64,000 nucleotides of DNA. Origin: the human T2T-CHM13v2.0 reference genome, Homo sapiens. Under the pieces are notes generated by a model. It made no database searches. It had not been told where the DNA came from and saw only the letters and a program-made list of their open reading frames with translations. Positions 17,706-35,538 of this stretch are shown here, piece by piece (positions within the stretch are counted from its first letter, which is position 1; every line of letters starts with the position of its first letter). Made by a program: the position numbers and the translations under genes. Where the stretch lies: NCBI GenBank assembly GCA_009914755.4, contig CP068257.2, forward strand, positions 42,336,001-42,400,000. Reading direction: 5' to 3'.

Positions 17706-18139
17706 AAATAATCGGAAGTGCACACCTTGTGCTCCTAGACCAGGGCAGTGCTGCTGTGTGAATTCCTGGCAGCTCTCCAAGCTGGGCTCAGGGCTTGCAA
17801 GGACTGTGGGATTCTCCTGTCGTAAGGACTGTAGGTGTTGGTGGTGGCAATGGGGGCTGATGAGGATCTTCTACTTACCTTTGCCCCGCAAGGGGGTGTC
17901 CCTCTTGACTCCCAGCAGATTCAATCCAGGTGGAGGAGATGGAGCTGCAGGGCCAGGTGCCTCGACACTGCCCTCCAATTTGAAGGGCTTCCAATCACCA
18001 AAGGTGTGTCTTTTCTCCCTGCTGCGCTTCACATTCTCCCTCTGACACTCCAGTCAAATCTTAGCTATTTATTCATTGTCTTGGTCCTTTCTTGTGGAGG
18101 ACAAGTGCCAGGGGTCTCTAGTCAGCCACCCTGATGACA

Positions 18140-19060
<921 letters not shown>

Positions 19061-19290
19061 CAGTTATCCAGCCCAGTGCAAAGGAGAGGCCTCCGTCTCC
19101 CCAGCCCTGTCTGCCTGTGTCCTCCACAGGCTGGAGCTTGGCTGGTGCGGTGCCCATGATACCTACTGTGAGTGGCTGTCAGTCTGTTTCAATTGGTCAA
19201 TTCCTGTGCTATATTGGCCAGCAAGTATCGTAAGTCTTACCCCTGCTTGTAGATACATATTTGTATTAGTGTATGTTTCCAGTAATTCCT

Positions 19291-19584
19291 TTTTTTTTTT
19301 TTCTGAGACAGGGTCTCATTCTGTTGCCCAGGCTGAAGTGCAGTGGTCAACCTTTGCTCACTGCAGCCTCAACTTGTTGGGCTCAAGCAATCCTCCCATC
19401 TCAGCCTCCCCAGTGGCTGGGATTACAGATGTGTACCACCACACCTGGCTAACTTATTTTTTGGTAGACATGGGGGTCTCTCTATGTTGCCCAGGCTGGT
19501 CTCAAACTCCTGGCCCCAAATGATCCTCCTGTCTCAGCCTCCCGAAGTGCTGAGACTACAGGCGTGAACACTGCACCTGGCCTT
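19291..19584 (-). mobile_element. Alu SINE (antisense, divergent older subfamily).
   Basis: A T-run followed by ctgagacagggtctcattctgttgcccaggctgaagtgcagtgg ... gactacaggcgtgaacactgcacctggcc. Confidence 0.85.
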
Positions 19585-21687
19585 ATTCTTTCTTTTCAAA
19601 AAATGGACATGCTTGGCTGGGTGGCTCTCTGGAAGCTTCCTTGGCAGCTTAGTGTATGTCAGTGTTTAGAAATGTTCCACTGCCATGTGGTGCCGCACCC
19701 CCATTGCTGGGTCAGGAACGTGTCCCTCATCCACCTTATTGCTGATGCTGTTGGTGTCTCAGAAGGGTTTACTATTTCTGCTCATGCTGGGTTGGACTAA
19801 GAGAGGGAAAACCCTCCTATCACTAGCAGGTGTTGGCCTCTCCCTCTCCTGACATGAGAATGCATCTTAAATAAAGACCTGCCTCTTTCTCCCATGCCTG
19901 AAAAGGGCCAAGATGCTCTGGCTGAAGTTGCCAGGAGGTCAGCACCTCTTCCTTTCCCCTGCATTCTGGGGATTGCCCCCCGCCACTGTCTCTGGTTGAA
20001 TGTGTCTGTGCAAACCTCTGTAGTGATCTCTGCAAAGGGAGGAGGGGAGTGGGGCCGGGACTAAGCCTGGGACAGAGGTGGGAGCTGGGCCAGGGGGAGC
20101 CTCCCTTGGGGCCAGGCAGTGGCAAGAGCCACGTGGAAAAAAGCAAGTCCCTTTGATCAGAAAACCCACTGCTGTCCCTGCACCAGCCTGGGCCAGGACG
20201 GGACAGATGGGCCTTGGCAAGCCTCCCACGGACACCACGCAGCCTCACCCCACAGCAGTCAGCCGCCTTAGGTCTGCAGCTCACAGCCCATCCTGCCAGG
20301 GACAGTTGGAAGACTGCCTGGAGGAGGCCTTTGGTTCCCAAAAAAGCTGGGCTGAGGCCACAAGGCCCCCTGCAGACCCTCGTCCTCAGACTTGTTTCCA
20401 CATTTATTTAAAGGATGCAGGGAGGAGCTGGTTTTATATTAATAACAATTAAGTACTCTTCATGTTCAAAACAGAACACTTATTACTTGCAATTTTCTGA
20501 GTCAGCCAAGTTCCCAGCCAGTGTATTAAACATGTAACGTTTAGGTAATGAGATGAACTCTTGATTTCAGTACCAGGCCGTGGGTGCATCTCTCCTAGAA
20601 TTCCGGCAGCCATCGGGCCCCTCTCAGGGCTGGGGGCTGGACGACAGGGGAGCAGGAGAGATGCGTCCATCACAGAGCCATCTGCCTTCGAGGCAGAGTG
20701 TGCATGGACTGGGGTACAGGTGGTTTATTTGAGGTGGGCCCAGAGAGAGGGGGAAGGGAGTGGGGATGGTGGGGTGTAGAGGATGGGGGTAAGACAGGGA
20801 CTGTCACTGAGCTAGTTCCCATCATAGTTCGACCTGGCCAGGGCTGTGAACAAAGTACCTCTGAGCAGAGGGAGGTTTGCATGACCACCCACCTACCCCA
20901 GGGCGGCCATCGTGGAGACAGGGCCTGCTGGTGTCCATTTTCCAACGCTTCCTGGCTGAGCCTGTTTCTGAGCCCATGGAGAAGGTTCTAGGCCTGCGGC
21001 AGAAAAGTGGGGCCCCCAACTAGTCTCAGAGGAGGGACCCTAACTGTCTGGTGCCACCCAGCTGCACCTGAAATCAGAGTGAGCTGAAGGCATGTGGCCT
21101 GGGGCACCCAATGCGTCTGTTAGGGTCTGAGTGCACCAGGGAGGACTGTTCTCTTGTCACCACTCAGGCCACCGTGACTGGACAGTTTTCCCATTGTACC
21201 ATTTACGTAGGAAGAGATGTAGAAACTGGGCTAGCTGACACCACCCTCCAGGCTATTCGAGTGATGTTTTGGAGGTTGGCTTACTGGCAGCTCAGCCCTC
21301 AACCAGCTCTTCCCTCTTGCCACCTTCTTCTGTGCAAGGGGGATGTTATATCACCCGCTGTTAGGTGTGCCAGGGGTTGGCGTGAAAGGCATTGGTGCTG
21401 CTCCTATGTCTGAGCCAGGCCACAGCCGGCTTCTGCCATCTGGGCAGTGGGCGGCTCCCTGGTCCCTGAGAACAGCAAGGAAAAGGTGGGGCACAGATGA
21501 GGGCCTCCAGCAGGGTGGCTGCTCCTGCCCCAGTCCCGAACCCCACCGCGCAGGGACACAAGCGGGGGACATGAGGCCAAGGCACAGACAGGCCTCTTGG
21601 GGAGTGACCTCTGCTTGGAGAGGGAGCACGAGAATCCAGACTGTCAGGAAGCCAAGAAAGACCCAACTGAGTTCAAAATAGGAGCAC

Positions 21688-22002
21688 GGGCCAGGCACGG
21701 TGGCTCACGCCTGTAATCCCAGCACTTTGGGAGGCTGAGGCGGGCAGATCACGAGGTCAGGAGATTGAGACCATCCTGGCTAACACGGTGAAACCCCGTC
21801 TCTACTAAAAAAAATAAAAATAAAAAAAATTAGCCGGGCGTGGTGGCGGGCACCTGTAGTCCCAGCTACTCGGGAGGCTGAGGCAGGAGAATGGCGTGAA
21901 CCCGGGAGAGGTGGAGCTTGCAGTGAGCCGAGATTGCGCCATTGCACTCCAGCCTAGGCGACAGAGTGAGACTCCGTCTCAAAAAAAAAAAAAAAAAAAA
22001 AT
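21688..22002 (+). mobile_element. AluY-type SINE (sense) with a long A-tail.
   Basis: gggccaggcacggtggctcacgcctgtaatcccagcactttgggaggctgaggcgggcagatcacgaggtcaggagattgagaccatcctggctaacacggtgaaaccccgtctc ... followed by an A-tail of about 22 nt. Confidence 0.9.
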
Positions 22003-22128
22003 AGCATGGGGCATAGTGTTTGGAGCAGCCGTCCACAGCGCCAGGCTTGATTCCATCAGCGCTACTTATTTACATCACACTATACAGCCTAAAACCTGGG
22101 AAGAGCGTATTGTTTCTGCACAAGCTCA

Positions 22129-22965
<837 letters not shown>

Positions 22966-22978
22966 CTATGGACTGCGT

Positions 22979-23141
22979 GGGCTGGGTGTGGTGGCATGCG
23001 CCTGTTATCCCAGCACTTTGGGAGGCCAAGGTGGGAGGATCACTTGAACCAAGGAGATGGAGGCTGCAGTGAGCTATGAATGTACCACCACACTCCAGAG
23101 TGAGTGACAGAGCAACTGTGTCTCAAAAAAAAAAAAAAAAG
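22979..23141 (+). mobile_element. Alu with an internal deletion (sense).
   Basis: ggctgggtgtggtggcatgcgcctgttatcccagcactttgggaggccaaggtgggaggatcacttgaacc..ggaggctgcagtgagctatg ... tctcaaaaaaaaaaaaaaaag. Confidence 0.8.
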
Positions 23142-23309
23142 ATGGAAAATGCAGATATGTGGGTAAAAGGGGGAAGAAACTGCAGAGTCTGTGACCCAAT
23201 CATAGTCACTGATACTGTTTTGATGAATTTCCTTCCAATCTCTTTTGTAATGATAGTGGGGTGGAGTTTTTTGCTTTTATGTAGTTGTTATTATATCACA
23301 TCACTTTTC

Positions 23310-23596
23310 TTTTTTTGAGACAGGGTCTTGCTCTGTTGCCCAGGCTGGAGTTCAGTAGTGCAGTCTAGGCTCACTGCAGCCTCCACCTCCCAGGCTCAGG
23401 ATCCTCCCACCTCAGCCTCCCGAGTAGCTGGGAACACAGATGCAGCCACCACACCCGGCTAATTTTTGTATTTTTTGTAGAGACAGGGTCTTGCTATGTG
23501 GCCCAGGCTGGTCTCAAACTCCTGGGCTCAAGTGATTCTCCCACCTTGGACTCCCAAAGTGCTGGGACTACAGGTGTGAGCCACCGTGCCTGGCCT
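23310..23596 (-). mobile_element. Alu SINE (antisense).
   Basis: tttttttgagacagggtcttgctctgttgcccaggctggagttcagtag ... ggactacaggtgtgagccaccgtgcctggcc. Confidence 0.9.
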
Positions 23597-24073
23597 TCAC
23601 TTTCAAGATTTTTATAAACTGACGTTTTAAGTATTTCCCAGATTATCATAAGCCCCTCTAAAAAGTGTTTATAGATGGAGAGGGTCCAAGTGCAGCTCTG
23701 TTATGTGGATATATTGTATACTGGTGAGCTCTGGCATCTAGTGCACCCGTCACCCACGTAGCAAACATCGTGCTCAACAAGTAATTCCACAAACATTCAC
23801 AAGCCTGTTCTAAACACCATTTTGACAGTGACACAATAGTTCATCAAATGGACAAAGCATGGTTCATGTGACACAGGCTGCGCCTCTGGTCCCAGCTAAC
23901 AGTTGTTGACGTGCAGGTTGTTTCCAGTTGTTTGCTCCCGCAAAGCAATGCTGCAACATGTGTTTTTACCCATAAAGGTTTGGGAGAGATTTTGCTTCCT
24001 CAAAGAGCTCTAGAAGTGGAATTGCTGGCTCAAAGGACGAAAGGTTGGAACTGCTTTTTAAAAAACCAACACC

Positions 24074-24489
<416 letters not shown>

Positions 24490-24509
24490 TCAAAAAATAT
24501 CTGCACCAA

Positions 24510-24795
24510 GGTTGGGCTCACACCTGTCATTCCAGCACTTTGGGCTGAGGTGGGAGGACTGCTTGAGCTCAGAGTTCAAGACCAGCCTGGGCAACATGGT
24601 GAGACCCCATCTCTACAAAAAAATACAAAAATTAGCTGAGTGTGGTGGCTGTGCCTGTAATCCCAGCTACTCAGGAGGATGAGGTAGGAGAATCTCTTGA
24701 ACCCAGGAAGCGGAGGTTGCAGTGAGCATAGATCACACCACCATAGTTCAGCCTGGGCAACAGTGAGATCCCGTCTCAAAAAAAACCAAAAACCA
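24510..24795 (+). mobile_element. Alu SINE (sense).
   Basis: ggttgggctcacacctgtcattccagcactttgggctgaggtgggaggactgcttgagctcagagttcaagaccagcctgggcaacatggtgagaccccatctc ... followed by an A-tail. Confidence 0.9.
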
Positions 24796-24962
24796 TAAAC
24801 TGCACCGGACTCAGGACTGGCTTTCCCTGCACCCGGAGCGGCTTCTAGAACGCCTGGTGAGCCCAAGAGGAGGAAGCGCGCGGTGAAACACTGAAAGCCA
24901 CACACAGTGTGAAAACTCACGTGATTACTTTAAAGTTACCTGGCTTTCTATTAAAAATGTGA

Positions 24963-25250
<288 letters not shown>

Positions 25251-25524
25251 AGAACAATTTTGAGATGACAATGGGTTGACGTGTGGTATAAGAAGTAATC
25301 CAGGGAGGTCTTGTGCACCTTTCCTGAGTTTCCCCAGTGGTGACGTTTCGTAACATTGGATCACAGTGTCACAGCCAGGTATTGACGTGGACACAGTCCA
25401 GATCCAGAACATTCTGTTTCCGCAGGAGCCACTCTGTTGCCCTCTTCTAGCCACACCCTCCTCCCTCCTTACCCCACACCCCTGTGGCCCCTGGCAAACA
25501 CTTGTCTGTTCTCCATTTCTATAA

Positions 25525-25970
<446 letters not shown>

Positions 25971-26637
25971 TAGTATTCTGGGTGTGGATGGGCCACACTG
26001 TTTGATGATTCAGAGGCTGAGGGATGTCTGGATTGTGTCCGGTTCTGGGCAGCTTGCTGTGAACATTCACTGACTGGCCCTTCCTTTTGCCCTCTGTGCA
26101 GAGGGCCCGAGCAGTCCCTCTGGTTAGATAAGGCAGACACAATGTCCCAATACATAATTTAACAGGCTCTTTGCAGCCTGGAGACGATGTAATGGGTTAC
26201 CAGGAAAAACCATTTGAGTTCAAGTTCCAGCAACTTTTCAAAAACAATAAAACAAAATAAAAAACACCCCAAATGCTGCCTCATGAAAAAAGGTACTAAA
26301 AAAAAAAAAAAAAGAATGAACATCGATTGACAGGACTAGCATCATTTCACCATGATTCATTAAAAGAAAGTGCCAAACCAGTGTTTGTGCTGAATTCAAG
26401 CATTTTCTAAATTCCCAAGTGGAAAAAAAAAATCTCTTATAGGTCTGCTCAGAGGGAAAATAGGCTTGCAGTCCACTTACTGCCCACGCACCAAAGGCTG
26501 CCTGGACCAGAGCCGGTGGGATTGGAGGAGGGGATTCTGCCTTTGCCTCCCTTCCTCCAGAAAGAACACTCCCTAACGTGGGAGCCCATCCAGCCGCACA
26601 ACGCTGTGTCCACGTCTTCGGGAAGGGGAATGGCTAG

Positions 26638-27047
<410 letters not shown>

Positions 27048-27059
27048 TCGTCAGGGTTT

Positions 27060-28705
<1,646 letters not shown>

Positions 28706-29384
28706 TAAATACAGAATCTGGTTCATTGTAGGGGGATTGGTTTCTGTTAACTGCTTTTTTTTTTTCTTAACTATGGCTTACGTTTTCCTCTTTCTTTGTA
28801 TGTTTAGTGATTTTTGTTTTTTTAGTGTATATTCAACACTGATAAATAACAAATGAGGGAGACTCAGGGTGCTCTTCCACTGAAAAATCCTGACTTTCGT
28901 TCTAGTTTGTAGTTCCATTACTGGACGTACCATGCTGGGCTGTGTAGGCTTAGCTTTAGGCTCTGTTTACTGAGCAATGTCCCAGGTGTCTCCCAGGCCC
29001 CTCTTACTTGGCAGGACTTAACCTCCAAACTCTGACCGTCTTGTGGATCGGGTCAGGGTTTTGCTTTAGACGTTGTTAAGGCGGGCCTGGAGTAGTCCTT
29101 ATTCTAGGGGAGGGACTGGCAACCTCTGGCTCACAAGCCACATGTGTTGATGGCCTGTTTTTGTACAGCACTTAAAGCCAGGAATGGCTTTTATATTTTT
29201 AAAGAGTTGTTTAAAAAAAAAAAAAAAACAAGCAAAAATATGAAACAAAAACTGCATGTGGCCCACACAACCTAAAATACTTATCTGGGCCCTTTATAGG
29301 TCGTTTGCTGACCCCTGGGAATGTGATTCTCAATCTAGTGTCTCAGCTCAATGTCCTCAGTGTTAATGGCATTAAAAAGGTCTT

Positions 29385-29680
29385 GACTGGGCACGGTGGC
29401 TCGTACTCGTCATCCCAGCACTTTGGGAGGATTAGGCAGGAGGACTGCTTGAGGCCAGGAGTTCAAGACCAGCCTGGGCAACAGAGTGGGACCCTCTCTC
29501 TACAAAAAAAGAAAAAATTAGCCGGGCGTGGTGGCACTCACCTGTGGTCCCAACTACTTGGGAGGCTGAGGTGGGAGGATCACTTGAGCCCAGAAGTTCT
29601 AGGCTGCACTGAGATAACGATCAAACCACTGCACCCCAGCCTAGGTGACAGAACAAGACTGTCTGAAAAGAAAACAAAAC
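29385..29680 (+). mobile_element. Alu SINE (sense, divergent).
   Basis: gactgggcacggtggctcgtactcgtcatcccagcactttgggaggattaggcaggaggactgcttgaggccaggagttcaagaccagcctgggcaacagagtgggaccc ... Confidence 0.85.
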
Positions 29681-31062
29681 GGAAAGTCCTTTCCTGTAGC
29701 ACTACTGGACCTCTAGTCTTTGTGCCATCCTCAACTCTGTAACAGCCGCTTCCTGGTAAACCCATAGAGTCGTCCCACACGTGTAGTCCAGCCTAGGCCA
29801 AGGACTTTCAGGGAACCCTACATCGACTTCGGCTCCCCACTCTTGCTAAGCTTCTTCCCCTCCAGTGCCCTGCCTTGCCGGCCTGCTGCTTTAGCTGCCC
29901 AGAAGTCTGGTCTCTTGCCTCTCACACCATTACAGTGCACCACACTACACTATGTTCACACATTTAGCAGCTGTGTTCACACCCAAACTATCTCATATAT
30001 ACATTTTGTTAAAAAAAACTTCAGGACTCTCTAAACTTATGATGCCAAGGGTGAAGTTAAGCCCTGGAGACTGAGTCAGTAGCAAGTTTGCAATTCTGCT
30101 TCTTCGATTACAGTTTAATGCTCTTCCTCCTTGTTCTTGAGCACAAGTGTCTTCCTCATTGTGGCTGCTCTGTAAATCAGGGCTCCCCGACCGCCAGGGC
30201 CACAGACACATACCGGTCAGGCCACACAGCAGGAGGTGAGCTTCAGGCCAGGGAGCAAAGCTTCATCTGTATTTACAGCTGCTCCCCATCGCTGGCATTA
30301 CCGCCTGAGCTCCGCCTCCTGTCAGGTCAGCAGCAGCGCTGGATTCTCCTAGGAGGGTGAACCCTGTTGTGAACTGCACATTGGAGGGGTCTAGGTTGCG
30401 TGCTCCTTATGAGAATCTCATCCCTAATGATGTGTCCCTGGCTTCCATCATCCCTAGATGTGACCGTCCAGTTGCAGGAAAACAAGCTCAGGGCTCCCAC
30501 TGATTCCACATTATGGGAAGTTGTATTTTATTACATATTACAACATAAAAATAATAAAGTGCACAATAAATGAAATGTGTTTGAATCGTCCTGAAACCAC
30601 CCCAACTTTGTCTGTGGAAAAACTGCATTCTATGAAACTGGTCCCTGGTGCCAAAAAGGTTGGGGACTGCTGCTGTTAATGACTAAGAAAGACCAGGTCT
30701 CCCCCTTCCCATTTGGTGATTTTTGTTACAGATTAGCTGTCTCCATTGTCCTGTACCTGACTTAGACCAGACAGCACAGAGACCCCAGGACTGTTTCATC
30801 TTCAGTGGGTCCCCAAAGAAAAAGACCACCTCGACTAAACAGACTGTTGTAACTATGCATTAGGCCTTATACAGAAAAGACGCTGAAATTCGGTTAGGCT
30901 TCCCGAGACGCTGGCTATAGAAACGACCCCAAATTTCTACGTTTGAGAACACTGACTTCCATTCTTTATAATGTTTCCTGGGCGCCTCAAGCTTCGCATT
31001 TGACTAAACTCTAGATTCTGACCCTTTTGATTATTTTTGGTTGACAGTTTTTGTCATTTTAT

Positions 31063-31386
31063 GGCTGGGAGTGATGGCTCACACCTGTAATCTCAACACT
31101 TTGGGAGGCCAAGGCTGGAGGATCACTTGAGCCCAGGAGTTTGAAACCAGCCTGGAAAACATAGTGAGATCCCGACAAAAGAAAAGAAAAGAAAAAAATT
31201 AGCTGGGCGTGGTGGCTGCCCCCGTGGTCCCAGTTACTGGCGGAGGGGGTGGGGCGGGGGGAAACAAGGCGGGAGGATCGCTTGAGCCTGGAAGGTCGAG
31301 GCTGCAGTGAGCCGTGTCCCGCCACTGCACTCCAGCCTGAGCCAACTGAGGAAGACCCTGCTCCAAAGAAAAAAAGAAAAAGAAAC
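31063..31386 (+). mobile_element. Alu SINE (sense) immediately upstream of, and merging into, the TRAPPC10 CpG island.
   Basis: ggctgggagtgatggctcacacctgtaatctcaacactttgggaggccaaggctggaggatcacttgagcccaggagtttgaaaccagcctgg ... gccactgcactccagcctgagccaactgaggaagaccctgctccaaagaaaaaaagaaaaag. Confidence 0.85.
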
Positions 31387-32830
31387 ACCCGCGCCCCGCC
31401 CCCCCCGTTTACGTGCACAAGAAGCCCATATGCAGTTAAGTGTGAGGTTTATTTTGTGGCATTCCGAAATGCCGAGGGCCAGGTCCCCACAAAAACATTT
31501 GCGGCGTGAGGGAAACGGGAAGAGCCCAGCGGTAGGCGGAAGGCACGCGCCGGGGACACTCAGCGGCGAGGGCCTGCGGGAGCCCCCAGCGCGATAAGGA
31601 GCCCGGCCGGGGAGCAGCGGCCCGCCGCGGGACGCCCGAGCTGCGGGGAACGCGAGGGCAGCGAGGCCGGCGTCTCTGGTCCGGGAGCGTCCAGGCTCGC
31701 TCACCGCGCGCGAGGCCCGCCTGCCGAGTCCTGGCCTCAGCTCCGGCGCAGGGCCCAGCGGGGCGCCCACTGCCGAGGGAGGAAGATGGACGTGTCCCGG
31801 GAGCCCCGCTCCGCCTCCCACTTCCCACCTCCCGGTCCCGCGCGGCCGGCCCGGGCGCACTTCCGTCGGAGGCGAAGCGCGGCGAAGACCCGCCCCGTGA
31901 AGCCTCGCGCGCCCCGGAAATGGTCATGCGGCGGCGCCGAGGCCGGAAGTGGCTGAGGCCGGCAGCAGCGGGCGGCAGCTGCGGCGCAACCGGCTCCGGA
32001 GCTGCCTGGCGCGGCCGGGCGGGCGGCGCCGCTCAGGCTCGGGCTCCGGCTGGGCCCGGCGCGGCCTCGGGGCTGCCCATGGGGCGCGGGGGGCCGGGCC
32101 GGTGACGCCGGACGCCCATGGACGCCTCTGAGGAGCCGCTGCCGCCGGTGATCTACACCATGGAGAACAAGCCCATCGTCACCTGTGAGTGCCCGGAGGC
32201 GGGGAGGGCGCGGCGGTCGTTGGGCGGGCCCGGGCCCTGGCGTTATGCACCCGGCGCCCCCAGACCTTCAGCCCCCGGCGCGCTCCGGGCTGGGCCGCTT
32301 CCTGGAGGTGTGACCAGGGCTGCGGCTGAGGCGGGGCCCTCTGACTTTTCGGGGACGCCCTCTGACCTTCCCGCCGGGCGACCTCTGACCCCTGGGGGGC
32401 GCCCTCGGGCCGGCTGCAGTTGGAGCCGGTGGAACCCGGCGGACTCTGCCCGGGACTGGGCGCGCGCCGGCGTCGAGGGCGAGGAGCGGGGGCTGCCACC
32501 GCCCCGTCCCGCCCCCGTTGAGCCGCGCGCCCGGGACCTGGGGGCCCCGGCCTCTTCCGCCGGGCGGTTTTGCCCGCGGGCGCCCTTTCCCCGACTACGG
32601 GGAAGTCCTTGGGGGCTCGCAGAGTTGCAGGCGTTGGCGAAGTAGGAACAGTTTGTTGCGGGGTGAAGCGTCAGGCAGAGCCGCCGGGACTGCTTTCGCT
32701 CCTACACACTTCCCCGCCGCGCACTCAAACCATTTTACGGATGAGAAAGCCGAGGCTCGGGCGCTTAGGCGAGCTTGCTCCCCATGAACAGCCTCCCGCT
32801 CGAGTCTACACTACGGACACCTGGTGCCTC
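31386..32830 (+). promoter_or_regulatory. TRAPPC10: CpG island and TATA-less promoter covering the 5'UTR and first exon of the downstream + strand gene I identify from memory as TRAPPC10.
   Basis: GC content is very high and CpG is not depleted across about 1.4 kb. There are GC boxes (ccccgcccc near 31395) and ETS/GABP-like CCGGAAGT/CCGGAAAT motifs at about 31912-31950. No TATA box is present, and the island sits immediately upstream of the ATG at 32118. Confidence 0.75.
32118..32184 (+). CDS. TRAPPC10: Coding part of exon 1 of trafficking protein particle complex subunit 10, encoding MDASEEPLPPVIYTMENKPIVT plus the first nucleotide of a Cys codon.
   Basis: The ATG at 32118 sits in the context gcccATGG, and a canonical GTGAGT donor lies at 32185-32190. 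Phase-1 splicing to the exon at 51705 continues the frame. The position downstream of AGPAT3 on the same strand fits the chr21q22.3 gene order, and the N-terminal peptide matches my memory of TRAPPC10. Confidence 0.7.
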
Positions 32831-33885
32831 TTGGGTGTCGTGTCCTCCCCGCACCCCTCCTTTAATGCATACACAAAGGAACTGTTTTTCTGTTACGGGA
32901 AAAATGTTCCCTAAATTTTAGAAGTGTGACTCTCCAGAGTTAAATACGGTTAAGAACAGTGAGCTTATGGGAAGTATTGAAATGTTTGTTGGTTGGCTTT
33001 TAGGTGACTTGCAGAGAGGTGTTTCAGACTGTTACGATTTTTGACCTTTGACAGTATTCTGTATTTTCATGCATGTATGCAGTTAGTTTTTTTCTAGTTG
33101 TCTTTCGTGCTTGGAAAGGAAGCACTCTCTGTTGCAAAATCTGGGTGCCCAGGCCACAGTAGACTGTATGTCGTGAGAACTCCTGTTTCCCTCTCACTCT
33201 GTCAGCGGGTGTGCACCTGCTGTGTTCCTTCCTGTTAGATCCCTGAGAAACTGTATATTGAAGGTTGAATTTTGTTGCTTCAGCTTTAGGTGATAGACTT
33301 ATTTCTTTCCTTCCTTTTGCTTTATTTTGTCTCTTCTCCTCTCCTCCTCTCTCTTTTTTTTCTACAGAGACCTAGACGAGATGATAGACTTTTCTTAGGG
33401 AAGTGGACTGTGTCTCATTTAAAATTGGAGACTTGCATAGTTCAGCAGTAGCTGTCTTTTTTCCTCCCCAGAATATTTGTCAGCTGAAAGTCTTTTCCTA
33501 CTCTGCACCTTCAGCCCCAGAGGGCAGATGTGGGTAGAGCTGGTCTGCAGGCCCTGCAATTTCCCAGGGGCTTTCCCAGTGCTCAGGGAAGATGAAGCCA
33601 TGCGCAGTTCATGTTAAGTTTTACTGTCTTCCAGAGGTTGAACATTTTTCTCCTAAAGTGCTGTGCACGTTGTGAATGCTGGATACACATTCATTGCCTG
33701 TACGGACATCCACACATCTAATTTTATCTTCTACCTCCTAGCTTGCTTACATTTCAATAGCAATATGTATTTATAGGCATTATGTAAATACATTTCTGAG
33801 GAGAAAGTTCCTAAGCTCTATTGGATTCAACCATAACTAAAGGGGTAAAGTTTGTTATCTGGTTGCCAGTGTTGGAGATATTTAA

Positions 33886-34351
<466 letters not shown>

Positions 34352-35052
34352 TCAAGCAACATAGTGAATGTTAATCTCTGCATGGATGGTACACTGTCCT
34401 AGAAGGTGCAAACTTTCATTCATTGGAGTCTCAGAAGAGAAGGGGGCTTCAGTAGACTGTCAAAGTTAACTTGAAAAATGATCACTTTAAAAGTGAAGGT
34501 AAAAAGCTGACTTCATACTTCCCACTTGAAATTATGTTGTGGTATATCTGGGACTGAAGCTTTAGGAAGCACTTGGCCTGGTTTCACTTTATGCCTTCAT
34601 CTTGCTCCTCTCTTTCAGCTATACATGTTTTGAAAGGAGAAGGTGGTATGAACAATTGCTTTAAAAAAATCCACCCAGAGGCTAATTAACCCTTAACTTT
34701 TTAATATTATGTACATAGTTCTCTTAGTAGGCAACATTTTTGTTTTCAAAAATCTTTTAAATTCTTACTTGAAATGGTATTACCTCAGATCTGTTCATTT
34801 TAAAATGAAAGTAGAGTTTATGCATGTTGTGAATTTTTTTTCCATAGAATGTATAATATTTTACTTCAGTGAAAATGCATTCTGCTTAGACCTTTCTGGG
34901 AAGAATATAGAATGTAACTGGTTCAGGTGAATTTAAAAACTGTGTATATGTAGGGATAGAAGAATGAAAAGTTCCCAAAGATTAAGGGTAATTAGAATAG
35001 ATTATTACTTTAAAACCTAGCTGATTATTTCACTTCATTTTATTATTATTAT

Positions 35053-35200
35053 TTTTTTAGAGATGGGGTCTCGCTCTGTCACCTAGGCTAGAGTGCAGTG
35101 GCATGGTCATAGCCGACTGCAGCCTTGCTGGGCTCAAGTGACCCCTCCCTTAGCCTGCCAAGTAGCCAGCACTACAGGTATGACCCACCTCACCTGGCCT
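35053..35200 (-). mobile_element. Alu monomer-like fragment (antisense).
   Basis: tttttttagagatggggtctcgctctgtcacctaggctagagtgcagtggcatggtcatagccgactgcagcc ... ctacaggtatgacccacctcacctggcc. Confidence 0.75.
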
Positions 35201-35215
35201 GAATTATTTTAATAA

Positions 35216-35538
<323 letters not shown>

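Noticed and set aside
31234-31927. Minus-strand ORFs of 208 and 163 aa across the CpG island.
   Set aside because: They are GC-rich, low-complexity, Arg/Pro/Gly/Ala-rich translations typical of CpG islands where stop codons are depleted. I see no independent support such as splice sites or conservation. I do not call an antisense gene, although promoter-associated antisense transcription cannot be excluded.
32118-32645. ORF of 175 aa starting at the genuine TRAPPC10 ATG.
   Set aside because: Only the first 67 nt are coding. The remainder is read-through past the GTGAGT donor at 32185 into the GC-rich intron 1, where stop codons are rare because of the CpG-island composition.
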